From: a virus | Virus record (IMG/VR): IMGVR_UViG_3300047476_002124 | Span: 4,133 to 68,132 of that record | Length of the DNA: 64,000 bases | Strand: one strand, 5' to 3' | In this document: positions 1 to 9,311 of the stretch, in pieces | Numbering within the stretch: position 1 is the stretch's first letter | Layout: every line of letters starts with the position of its first letter | Notes under the pieces: generated by a model | What the model saw: only the letters and a program-made list of their open reading frames with translations | The model's database searches: none | Told to the model about the DNA's origin: nothing | Translations under genes and position numbers: made by a program

Positions 1-1
1 G

Positions 2-1147
2 ACTAACACAGAAAAAATTAAAGATAAATTACAGGGTCGCTCTTGGACTTGGTATAAACCTCATCTAATAAAAGATGTTTTTACCCAACATCCTGATTGT
101 AGTCATGTTTTGTTTTTGGATATTGATGCGGTTTTCAGTACTGAAAATAGAAGAATTGAGGGGTTCATTGATGATACTGCCGATATCGTTATGACTAACG
201 ATTACGGACCTTCTTTGGTCAATGCTGGGGTTATGTTAGTCAAGAATACCGATTGGTCAAAAAATTTCATGGATGATTGGTGGAATATTTGTGAAGAATT
301 TCCGCAGTACAAAACAGGATTGTGGCATGACCAAACTTGCATTGGTTTTTTATACCAAAGAATTGACAGGTCTAAATTTAAAATTATTGATTATTCTGAT
401 TTAAATTCAAAAGATTATGATGAGAGTAAATTTGTTTTCCATGCCTTTGCTTATGGAATGCTACCCTATAGGACAATAGATGCAATCTATAATCGTAAGT
501 TTAACATCACCACAAACATCGACATGGGTTTAAATGAATTGGCAAAACATCATGGTACAGACAAATTTTATCACCACAATTATTACACAAGAGTTTACGA
601 AAATCTTTTTAGACCTTATAAAAAGTCTTGCGACATCCTGGAGATTGGGGTCTACTTTGGTTCTAGCATAAAAGTGTGGGATGATTTTTTCGATTCAGGT
701 CTTGTTCATGGTATTGATATAGAACCAAAAAATTTAGGTTATGGGAGAGTAGAGTGTTTCGTTGCCGACCAATCCAACCAAGAAAGTCTTAGGCAATTCT
801 CAGACTTAGGTCATCAATACGACATAATTGTGGATGACGGTTCACATAAAATGAAAGACCAACAGATAACTGTTCAATTACTTTTTAAAAATTTAAAAAG
901 TGGGGGGACCTTCGTTATTGAAGATTTACAAACCTCAATAGAATGTAGAATGCCTTCCAAAGTTATTTTTGGTTGGGGAGACCCAAATAAGACGACTTTT
1001 TTGGATATGATAGACAGTATCATTGCCGGCTCACCAAAAAGTGATTATATTACATCAGAATGGGATTATTTTATTTCAAATATTTCTGAAGTTTGGATAA
1101 GTAAAGATAGAGATGACTCTATAATCGCAACAATAAAAAAGAAATAA
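2..1147 (+). CDS. 5'-truncated fusion: GT34-like (MNN10/GMA12) glycosyltransferase + class I SAM-dependent (sugar O-)methyltransferase
   Basis: The frame is open from position 2 (TNTEKIK...SWTWYKPHLI...VLFLDIDA), so the TTG at 110 is not the true start. GT part: DxD motif (LDIDA), VNAGVMLVKN, WHDQ. MTase part: GTDK..HNY, ILEIGV..GSS, GIDI, DIIVDDGSH, LKSGGTFVIED. Confidence 0.75.
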   Translation, partial: TNTEKIKDKLQGRSWTWYKPHLIKDVFTQHPDCSHVLFLDIDAVFSTENRRIEGFIDDTADIVMTNDYGPSLVNAGVMLVKNTDWSKNFMDDWWNICEEFPQYKTGLWHDQTCIGFLYQRIDRSKFKIIDYSDLNSKDYDESKFVFHAFAYGMLPYRTIDAIYNRKFNITTNIDMGLNELAKHHGTDKFYHHNYYTRVYENLFRPYKKSCDILEIGVYFGSSIKVWDDFFDSGLVHGIDIEPKNLGYGRVECFVADQSNQESLRQFSDLGHQYDIIVDDGSHKMKDQQITVQLLFKNLKSGGTFVIEDLQTSIECRMPSKVIFGWGDPNKTTFLDMIDSIIAGSPKSDYITSEWDYFISNISEVWISKDRDDSIIATIKKK

Positions 1148-1148
1148 A

Positions 1149-2108
1149 ATGATTAGTATTGTATACCATTGTTTTTTGGTAGGAAATTGGAAAGAGGTTG
1201 TTACATCACAACTATTTAGACTAAAAAAATCAGGATTGTATGACAGAGCCGATTCTATCTACGTGACCATAAATTTATCGGAAGGAACTGAAGAAGAATT
1301 CAATGAAATCACAAAAGAATATGATAAACTAGAAAAAGAATTTTTCCCTAACAATGGTGCAGAATATCCATCTATAAAAAAAGTCAGGGAGATTGGTCTA
1401 TCCAAAGAGACAAAAATTCTCTATTTTCACACCAAAGGTGTTAGTAATAGGTACCGAAAATATCAATCGAATGAAATATCTGTTGATAAAATTAAAAATA
1501 TTGAGGCATGGAAAGAATGTTTGGAATATTTCCTTATTGACAGATGGGAAGAATGTATAAATAAAATGGACGAATATGATAACGTAGGAGTTACATGTAT
1601 TTTAGGATGGTTTTGGGGTAATTTTTGGTGGACACAGTCAAGACACGTAAAAAAAACTAAGGAAGTACAACATAGTACAAGATGGGCTTATGAAGCTTGG
1701 TTAAACGAAGGGGTTACTGATGTTAAAAACTATGAATGGTACAGATTTACATACAACCCGTATGTCACTAATATTGAAGAATCTTGGTATAAAGAACCTC
1801 CAAAATATGAAGGACAAAAAATTATTTTACACAAAGCAACGTATGGTTCCCCCAATTTTGACATAGATGAAGGATATTATGATTCCATATTAGGAGTTAC
1901 GAAAGAAGTAACTGAAGTTATCCAAAGATTTTTGGAAAAAGAAAATTTTCTTAGGTTTAATTTCAATGTGAACAATAATAGTATGGAAATTGACCCAATA
2001 CACATGTCAAAAAAATTTTTAATGTTAGAGTTTTCTCCAGAAAGTGACCCATCAAAAGTTTTCAAAATCGGTGCTCACGAAGGAATGACTTTAGACTTTA
2101 GATTTTAA
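1149..2108 (+). CDS. Putative glycosyltransferase-like protein with a C-terminal lectin-like domain
   Basis: LYFHTKGVS, GNFWW and RWAYEAWL motifs resemble GT-like proteins of large viruses. The C-terminus (ATYG...EVTE...NNNSMEIDP...KKFLMLEF) resembles galactose-lectin/DUF3395-type domains. Confidence 0.5.
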   Translation: MISIVYHCFLVGNWKEVVTSQLFRLKKSGLYDRADSIYVTINLSEGTEEEFNEITKEYDKLEKEFFPNNGAEYPSIKKVREIGLSKETKILYFHTKGVSNRYRKYQSNEISVDKIKNIEAWKECLEYFLIDRWEECINKMDEYDNVGVTCILGWFWGNFWWTQSRHVKKTKEVQHSTRWAYEAWLNEGVTDVKNYEWYRFTYNPYVTNIEESWYKEPPKYEGQKIILHKATYGSPNFDIDEGYYDSILGVTKEVTEVIQRFLEKENFLRFNFNVNNNSMEIDPIHMSKKFLMLEFSPESDPSKVFKIGAHEGMTLDFRF

Positions 2109-2139
2109 AAAATAAAAAAACATATAATTTTCAATTTGT

Positions 2140-4527
2140 ATGACCGATTATAAGAACGAGATAAAAATTTGGGACGAACATTCCAAGATGCACATACTCA
2201 ACGCAACATCTATTTTAATAAAAGAGCTCAAAAACAGACAGGACATAGTCATTGTGGATGTGGGGGCGAACAGTGGAACTTATTTTGATGAGTTGAGTAA
2301 GTCTTTGAAAGTGTCTCGAGCAATTTTATTTGAAGTTCAACCACAACTTTATTCTTACTTATGTGAAAAGTATAAAGATAAACCATACATAACTGTTGAA
2401 AATATTGCAATGTCCGATAGGGTTCAAGGGTTCGTATTGAACGACAGTGCATTCAAGTATGAAGTGGAAAATAGTGTAGGAACTCCCAATTACAATTTGG
2501 GGTTATCTAAAATTAACTACAATGAAAATTCCGAAATAAAGACAAATTATTTCGATAATATTAGGGATAGGTATAATTTAGATAGAATCGACCTTCTCAA
2601 AATTGATACTGAGACTGAAGATTTATTAGTATTGAAAGGGTTCACAGAAACAATCAAATCACTCAAACTAAAACCAATTATAGAATTTGAAAATAATTGG
2701 TGGGAAAAATACACATTAGAAGAATCACAAAAAATAGTTGATGATTTTTGTGCTCAATGTGGGTATATTAACGATATTGATTTAGAAAGAAGAGGAGACC
2801 ATTTTCTTTTTCCAATTACTGAAACTGTTGATGTTAATTCCGTAGATAGAAAAAATATTACAATTGTAACTGGTTTGTGGGATTTGAAGAGAGGTGATTT
2901 AGAAGGGTGGGCTAAAAGGGATTTTCAACATTATAAGAATAAATTTTTCGAATTATTGGAAACAGACATACCTATGTGTATCTGGATTCCTGAGGATTTG
3001 AAAGAAGAGGTTTTAAATATCAGGGGAAATAAACCAACAAAAATTTTCATAAAGAATGTTGAAGATTTCAAATCTTGGAACCCTTTTTTCGAGAAGATTC
3101 AAAGTATAAGAAACAACCCAAGTTGGAAAAATTTTGCCGGTTGGTTACCCGAATCTCCTCAAGCGGCTTTAGAATATTATAACCCAATGATGTTCACAAA
3201 GATGTTTATGTTAAACGATTCTGCTATAACTAATCCGTTCAAGACTGACTACTTTTTTTGGGTCGATGGTGGACTAACAAACACTGTGAGTAAGGGATAT
3301 TTTACAAAACATAAAGTTTTGAACAATCTTGAAAATTATGTTCTGAAGAACAATAGTAAGTTCCTTCATATTTCCTATCCATATGATGCAAATGAAGAAA
3401 TACATGGGTTCGAAAGGAAAGCTATGGCAAGATATTGTCAAACAGACTTTGTAAATTATGTATGTCGTGGTGGGTTCTTCGGAGGGCACACTGAAAAAAT
3501 AAATCAAATCAACGGATTGTATTATGGTGTAATGGAATCAACTCTAAAAGAGGGTTTGATGGGTGCTGATGAATGTCTTTTTACTATTTTAGCTCACAGA
3601 CATACAGATTTAATACACAGATTTGAAATTGAAGGTAACGGGTTAGTTTGGCCATTCTTCGAAGAATTGTTAAAGTATACCGAAATCGAACTAAAACAAG
3701 ACCAAACATTTCTAAATCCTTCTAACTCGGCGTTATATGTGATTGGATTCAATAGCCCAAAACAATTCGAAACTTTGATAAAATCAATGTATGATTATGA
3801 TGATGATTTTATAACAAAACCAAAAAAGTTTTTACTTGATAATTCATCTGATGAATCAACATTTGAAATGTATTCTGACTTGTGTAATAAACATGGTTTC
3901 GAACATGTAAAAAAAGATAATTTAGGAATATGTGGGGGTAGACAATGGGTTGCTGAACATGCCGATAATAACGGATTTGACTTTTATTTCTTTTTTGAAG
4001 ACGATATGTTTTTTTACAATGGAGAAAGCACAACTTGTAGAAACGGGTTCAACAGATACGTTAAAAACCTTTACAAAAACTCAATTGAGATTGCTCTAAA
4101 AAATAATTTTGATTTTGTGAAATTAAATTATACTGAGTTTTTCGGTGACAATGGAGTCCAATGGTCTTGGTATAATGTGCCTCAGCATATAAGAGAAAAA
4201 TATTTTCCAAACAAAACCAAGTTACCTGTTAAAGGATTAGACCCCGATGCTCCAAGAACAAAATACAATTCTATACGAACTTACAATGGTATACCATTTG
4301 TTGATGGAGAAATATATTATTGTAATTGGCCACAAGTAGTGACTCGTCATGGAAATAAAAAAATGTTTTTGGAAGAAAAATGGGCTCACCCATTCGAACA
4401 AACTTGGATGAGTTATATGTTCCAACTAACAACAAGGGGAGAGCTGAATCCAGGATTACTATTATTGACTCCAACCGAGCACAATAGGTTCGAACATTAC
4501 GAAGGAACTCTGCGTAAAGAATCATAA
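2140..4527 (+). CDS. Three-domain fusion: FkbM-family methyltransferase + HtrL/YibB (WlaTC)-like glycosyltransferase + GT-A/GT2-like domain
   Basis: FkbM: VDVGANSG, LLKIDTETED. HtrL-like: ITIVTGLWDLKR, NPFKTDYFFWVDGG, GGFFGG. GT-A: LLDNSS, DNLGICGGR, FFFEDD. Confidence 0.7.
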   Translation: MTDYKNEIKIWDEHSKMHILNATSILIKELKNRQDIVIVDVGANSGTYFDELSKSLKVSRAILFEVQPQLYSYLCEKYKDKPYITVENIAMSDRVQGFVLNDSAFKYEVENSVGTPNYNLGLSKINYNENSEIKTNYFDNIRDRYNLDRIDLLKIDTETEDLLVLKGFTETIKSLKLKPIIEFENNWWEKYTLEESQKIVDDFCAQCGYINDIDLERRGDHFLFPITETVDVNSVDRKNITIVTGLWDLKRGDLEGWAKRDFQHYKNKFFELLETDIPMCIWIPEDLKEEVLNIRGNKPTKIFIKNVEDFKSWNPFFEKIQSIRNNPSWKNFAGWLPESPQAALEYYNPMMFTKMFMLNDSAITNPFKTDYFFWVDGGLTNTVSKGYFTKHKVLNNLENYVLKNNSKFLHISYPYDANEEIHGFERKAMARYCQTDFVNYVCRGGFFGGHTEKINQINGLYYGVMESTLKEGLMGADECLFTILAHRHTDLIHRFEIEGNGLVWPFFEELLKYTEIELKQDQTFLNPSNSALYVIGFNSPKQFETLIKSMYDYDDDFITKPKKFLLDNSSDESTFEMYSDLCNKHGFEHVKKDNLGICGGRQWVAEHADNNGFDFYFFFEDDMFFYNGESTTCRNGFNRYVKNLYKNSIEIALKNNFDFVKLNYTEFFGDNGVQWSWYNVPQHIREKYFPNKTKLPVKGLDPDAPRTKYNSIRTYNGIPFVDGEIYYCNWPQVVTRHGNKKMFLEEKWAHPFEQTWMSYMFQLTTRGELNPGLLLLTPTEHNRFEHYEGTLRKES

Positions 4528-4543
4528 CAATATATTTATTGTT

Positions 4544-4921
4544 ATGGAATTTTTTATTAAAAAGAATGCATCCCTTCCAATTTTGAAAATGCAAGTTGTT
4601 AAAGACGGAAGGTCAGGATATCAACAATTGATGGAAGATTTAGAAGTATCTTCTATATACTTCTCTATGGTAGACACAACCAATGGGATACCTAAAATAA
4701 TTGATGCTCCTTGTGGTATTGTACCAATATACCTGCCTGCCGGCTCACCCCCTGAATATTATATTTATTTCCAATTTAATTCAAGAGATACTAATACAGT
4801 TGGTAGATATAAAGGTGAGTTTTTAATTAAGAATGACGAAGGAAACTTAATTTTACCTTTAAGAGAAGAGATTTATATAAACGTCCAAGACAGTTTTTCT
4901 GCTATCGACCCTTGTTGTTAA
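4544..4921 (+). CDS. Probable virion protein, BppU N-terminal-like Ig domain
   Basis: FFIKKNASLP at the N-terminus and YFQF...DTNTVGRYKGEFLI...LP...IYINV; preceded by a TATTTAT motif. Confidence 0.45.
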   Translation: MEFFIKKNASLPILKMQVVKDGRSGYQQLMEDLEVSSIYFSMVDTTNGIPKIIDAPCGIVPIYLPAGSPPEYYIYFQFNSRDTNTVGRYKGEFLIKNDEGNLILPLREEIYINVQDSFSAIDPCC

Positions 4922-4922
4922 T

Positions 4923-4950
4923 TTGATTCGTTAAAATAGTTTTTTATATT
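4923..4950 (+). promoter_or_regulatory. Possible sigma70-like promoter of the DNA polymerase gene
   Basis: TTGATT-N16-TATATT upstream of 5012. Confidence 0.35.
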
Positions 4951-5011
4951 TAATTCGGAAGACAAACTTCACTATGAGTGGAAGCAAATAAGTCACCCAA
5001 AAAAATATAAT

Positions 5012-7792
5012 ATGATATCTAACGAAGAAATTGAATCGTTTCTACATGGAAACGACCCCGAAGAATTTATTGTTGCAATCGAATTCGATTACGCATCTAA
5101 CTCCATCTACAAAATCAAAGAAATTCCTGGTAAAGGAAAAGAAATCAGAAAAGACACTTTCATTCCATTCGCATGGGTTGGTGACTTAAAAGGTCTCAAA
5201 TTTTACAACGATTCCAAAGCCGCTCAAAAAGAGGCTATGACCAAATATGGAATTATGATTGAGAAACTTGAAACTTCAGGAAATGAAAGATTAGAGAAAG
5301 GAATGACTTTCATGGTTAAATCCCTTAAAGGTTATAGAGAACTAATTCAGTTCTTCAGGGACGGAGGATGTGACCCATGGGGTGATAAAACAAAAGATAA
5401 AATTACAATTCTACCACCCGTAGAGCAATACCTCATATCAAAAGAGAAAAGATTATTTAAGGGTTTTGAAGACTATAATCAAGTAACAAGACTTGTGTAT
5501 GACTTGGAGACAACATCTTTGGAACCTAAAGATGGTCGTATATTCATGATTGGAATTAAGACAAACAAGGGATACCACAAAGTTATTGAGTGTATGGATG
5601 AGTCTCAAGAGAGGGGTGCAATTATAGAGTTTTTTAATATAATAGATGAGATAAAACCAAGTATTATTGGTGGATATAACTCGGCAAACTTCGACTGGCA
5701 TTGGATTTTCGAAAGATGTTCTATACTAAAAATTGACCCAAGAAAAGTTTGTAAGTCCCTACACCCCCAACATTCTTTCACAAGAAAAGATAGTATGTTG
5801 AAATTGGCAAATGAAGTAGAGTCTTATGTTCAAACTTCAATATGGGGGTATAATGTTATTGATATAATTCATGCGGTGAGAAGAGCTCAAGCAATCAATT
5901 CAAGTATCAAATCTGCGGGTTTGAAATATATTACCAAATATATTAACGCTGAAGCACCTGACCGTGTATACATTGACCATCTGGATATTGGAAAAATGTA
6001 TGTGAACAAAGAAGAATTTTGGTTAAACATTCAGAACGGTAACTATAGGAAGATTGGTGTCGACCCCAAGATTGATGCAATCTGTGAGAAAAGAAATGAT
6101 GTTTATATCAAAACTACGGGAGATAATCTTGTAGAAAGATATCTTGACGATGACTTGGAGGAAACCTTAAAGGTTGACCAAGAGTTCAATCAAGGTTCGT
6201 TTCTACTAGCAGCTATGATTCCAACAACATATGAGAGGGTATCGACTATGGGTACCGCCACATTATGGAAGATGTTGATGTTGGCTTGGTCATATAAACA
6301 TAAGTTGGCAATTCCTGCAAAACAAGACAAGACAGACTTCGTAGGAGGTCTTTCCCGACTACTTAAGGTCGGTTATAGTAAGAATGTGCTTAAGCTCGAC
6401 TTCTCGTCTCTATACCCTTCCATTCAACTCGTACACGATGTTTTTCCTGATTGTGATGTAACAGGCGCAATGAAAGGAATGTTAAAGTGGTTCCGTGATA
6501 CTCGTATCAAATACAAGCAACTATCAGAACAGTATTATGAAACTGACAAGAAAAAGTCAGAGTCATATGGTAATAAACAGCTACCGATTAAAATTTTTAT
6601 CAACTCGATGTTCGGTGCGTTATCTGCCCCTCAGGTTTTTGCTTGGGGTGACATGTATATGGGAGAACAGATTACCTGTACAGGTAGACAATATCTTCGT
6701 CAGATGATTAAGTTCTTCATGTCCAAAGGATATACTCCTCTTGTGATGGATACGGATGGTGTGAACTTCTCAAGTCCTGATGGTGTTGAAAACAGAAAAT
6801 ACGTTGGTCGTGGATTGAATTGGAAAGTAAAGTTAGGAAAAGAATATACCGGTCCTGAAGCAGATGTTGCAGAATATAATGACATATTCATGAGAGGTGA
6901 AATGGCACTTGATACGGACGGAGTTTGGCCATCATGTATTAATTTGGCTCGTAAGAACTATGCTGTAATGGACGCAAAGGGCAAGATTAAACTAACAGGT
7001 AACAGTATCAAATCAAAGAAACTTCCAATATACATCGAAGAGTTTTTGGATAAGGGTATAAAAATGTTACTCGAGGGCGATGGTAAATCTTTTGTCGAAT
7101 ATTACTATGAGTATCTTCAAAAGATATATGATAAGAAAATTCCTCTGTCCAAGATTGCACAAAGAGCAAAAGTAAAATTAACTCTTGATGATTATAAAAA
7201 AAGATTAACCACTAAAACGAAGGCGGGTAATAGTATGTCTCGTATGGCTCATATGGAACTGGCGATAAAAGAAAATTTAAATGTGAACTTGGGTGATGTT
7301 ATCATGTATGTTAATAATGGTACAAAGGCTTCGCAAGGAGATGTTCAGAAAATGACCGCGAAACAAATTAAAGATACCAACGCAGTTTTGTTGAATGAAA
7401 ATCCTAGAGCAAAACCAATTACCGAAGGTGTTATGGTTAATTGCTATATGTTAAACTCAAATATACTTGAGACCAATCCAGAATTGACTGGTGATTACAA
7501 TGTACCAAGAGCAATAACAACTTTCAATAAACGTATTGAACCTCTACTTGTAGTATTCAAACAAGAAATAAGAGATACTTTGTTAGTTGATAATCCGGAA
7601 GACAGGGGTATTTTTACAACTTCACAATGTGAATTGATTAATGGACAACCTTTCGAGGAAGGTGACCAAGATAGTTTGGAAGAGGTAATGTCTCTTTCCG
7701 ACGGGGAGGTCAAATACTGGGAAAAGAGAGGATTGAATTCTGATTATATGTATGAGTTGGCAGAAGAAGGATGGGACCAAAAAGTAAAATAA
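5012..7792 (+). CDS. DNA polymerase family B
   Basis: ExoI YDLETT, ExoII GYNSANFD, region II LDFSSLYPS, region III KIFINSMFG, region I MDTDG, RKNYA. Confidence 0.96.
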   Translation: MISNEEIESFLHGNDPEEFIVAIEFDYASNSIYKIKEIPGKGKEIRKDTFIPFAWVGDLKGLKFYNDSKAAQKEAMTKYGIMIEKLETSGNERLEKGMTFMVKSLKGYRELIQFFRDGGCDPWGDKTKDKITILPPVEQYLISKEKRLFKGFEDYNQVTRLVYDLETTSLEPKDGRIFMIGIKTNKGYHKVIECMDESQERGAIIEFFNIIDEIKPSIIGGYNSANFDWHWIFERCSILKIDPRKVCKSLHPQHSFTRKDSMLKLANEVESYVQTSIWGYNVIDIIHAVRRAQAINSSIKSAGLKYITKYINAEAPDRVYIDHLDIGKMYVNKEEFWLNIQNGNYRKIGVDPKIDAICEKRNDVYIKTTGDNLVERYLDDDLEETLKVDQEFNQGSFLLAAMIPTTYERVSTMGTATLWKMLMLAWSYKHKLAIPAKQDKTDFVGGLSRLLKVGYSKNVLKLDFSSLYPSIQLVHDVFPDCDVTGAMKGMLKWFRDTRIKYKQLSEQYYETDKKKSESYGNKQLPIKIFINSMFGALSAPQVFAWGDMYMGEQITCTGRQYLRQMIKFFMSKGYTPLVMDTDGVNFSSPDGVENRKYVGRGLNWKVKLGKEYTGPEADVAEYNDIFMRGEMALDTDGVWPSCINLARKNYAVMDAKGKIKLTGNSIKSKKLPIYIEEFLDKGIKMLLEGDGKSFVEYYYEYLQKIYDKKIPLSKIAQRAKVKLTLDDYKKRLTTKTKAGNSMSRMAHMELAIKENLNVNLGDVIMYVNNGTKASQGDVQKMTAKQIKDTNAVLLNENPRAKPITEGVMVNCYMLNSNILETNPELTGDYNVPRAITTFNKRIEPLLVVFKQEIRDTLLVDNPEDRGIFTTSQCELINGQPFEEGDQDSLEEVMSLSDGEVKYWEKRGLNSDYMYELAEEGWDQKVK

Positions 7793-7795
7793 AAT

Positions 7796-7831
7796 AAAAA
7801 AGGAATATGTTTGTTACATATTCCTTTTTTT
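7796..7831. terminator. Bidirectional intrinsic terminator between convergent genes
   Basis: AAAAAAGGAATATGT-ttgtt-ACATATTCCTTTTTT perfect stem with A/T tracts on both sides. Confidence 0.8.
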
Positions 7832-8166
7832 TATGATTGTTTCAATCCGTCGGATGATAAAATATACCAATTCCCACCGCAGAATCTGAATTCAACGCAG
7901 GCTCCATGTCCCATTTCTATTTCATCAAATTCTTCATCTATTCTACCAGCATCTGGTTTTATTATTATATCTGTTAACGCTTTAACTACGGTGTGGTCTG
8001 TTGTTCTTGAATCCAAAATTATCACACATTTTGGTACTCCTTTAACGATAATACAGTCTTCTCCTTGAGAGGAGTACTCTGATTCTGAGACTATTGATAC
8101 TTCTGAAGTGTTTAGTATTCTACCGTGAATTATTCTCTGAGATGGTATTGTTTTGATTATTGCCAT
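7831..8166 (-). CDS. Small hypothetical, probably structural beta-rich protein
   Basis: 111 aa ORF directly downstream of the neck gene; ends RIDEEFDEIEM..GACVEFRF..GNWYIL, like small phage fibre/baseplate modules. Confidence 0.55.
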   Translation of the reverse strand: MAIIKTIPSQRIIHGRILNTSEVSIVSESEYSSQGEDCIIVKGVPKCVIILDSRTTDHTVVKALTDIIIKPDAGRIDEEFDEIEMGHGACVEFRFCGGNWYILSSDGLKQS

Positions 8167-8172
8167 AAAGAA

Positions 8173-9294
8173 TTATATTACATAAATTTGTCTTGGGAAA
8201 GCATGAAACTTAAGTTGTTTATTTAAATTTTCTGCAATTGCCGCTTCTTTTTCCATTTGTTTTTCAGGTCTGAGTCTTTCCAACCTTAATTTGAGTTCTT
8301 CCTCAAGTTTCGATTTTTCATCTTTCGCTTCAGTTGATAAGCTTTGATAATCCATACTGATTTCAGAATCTGGTGTTTTAAGGTTACCAGAATATTTTCC
8401 TCTGACTCTAGCTAAAGTTTCTTTAACGTATGCGGTAAACCATCTTCTCACCCACTGTTTTGCGGGGTCGTTCAAATCTGCCCACTCAAGTGTTCCAATA
8501 GGAACATCTGTAGGTAGCTTAATAATATCAGGATTTTGTTTTAGACAGTCGTTTCTGTCTTTTCCTGTTGTATCATAATACCAATACCAAACTTGTTTTC
8601 CTGCATACATACTGTAGTTCGACCAGTTAAATCTACCACCAGGCGTGTTCATCAAGTGAACCAACTTTTTTCCGTCAGGTAATCCTGTTATTCTATAGGT
8701 CAAACTACCACCCAATATTCTATTCAAAATGTTTGCTTCCTGAGCCCTCAGTAGATAATCAAAACCTGACATCATAAAATACGAGCCTTGATATCCGAAT
8801 TGTGCATATCCTGCTTGGTTAGCACCTAAACCTATACCGTCAAATCCAAAACCACCACCAACACCACCTAATCCGAACATTGTCCAAGGTTGGTTACTGA
8901 ACCATAGTAATTCGTTAACCTCTCTTCCTGCGGGTATTTCATACAATTGTGTATTTGCACTAAGTGTGAAGTAGTCCTTTTTCAATACCCAAGGACCCAC
9001 TGTCTGTAGACCAACAATTTTAGAATATGAATATTGAAACTGTTGCTCAAAATTCATTGTTCTTGTAATCAATGCGTTTGCAACTGATTGGTTGTTCATG
9101 TCAAGGTTAACAAGGTTAACCCATTGAGATTCAATTAACCAATCCAAAATGTATTGTTGATAATCTCCGATGGCCAATTCCATCAAAGAATCCATCATTT
9201 CATCTTCGATTTCAACACTTCTAATGGGCGCACCCAATAAGTGTTTGATTCTAGTATATATCTGACTTCTTTCTGGTTCTGCTATAACTGACAT
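8173..9294 (-). CDS. Neck / head-tail adaptor protein (T4 gp13-like)
   Basis: IKHLLGAPIRSVEIEDEMMD at the N-terminus and WVRRWFTAYVKETLARVRGKYSG...EAKDEKSKLEEEL at the C-terminus. Confidence 0.75.
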   Translation of the reverse strand: MSVIAEPERSQIYTRIKHLLGAPIRSVEIEDEMMDSLMELAIGDYQQYILDWLIESQWVNLVNLDMNNQSVANALITRTMNFEQQFQYSYSKIVGLQTVGPWVLKKDYFTLSANTQLYEIPAGREVNELLWFSNQPWTMFGLGGVGGGFGFDGIGLGANQAGYAQFGYQGSYFMMSGFDYLLRAQEANILNRILGGSLTYRITGLPDGKKLVHLMNTPGGRFNWSNYSMYAGKQVWYWYYDTTGKDRNDCLKQNPDIIKLPTDVPIGTLEWADLNDPAKQWVRRWFTAYVKETLARVRGKYSGNLKTPDSEISMDYQSLSTEAKDEKSKLEEELKLRLERLRPEKQMEKEAAIAENLNKQLKFHAFPRQIYVI

Positions 9295-9311
9295 ACCTAT
9301 AAATATGTTAG

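Noticed and set aside
4967-4984. Hairpin in the polymerase leader resembling the T4 gp43 autogenous operator
   Set aside because: The stem is short, bulged and has a 3-nt loop; not distinguishable from chance.
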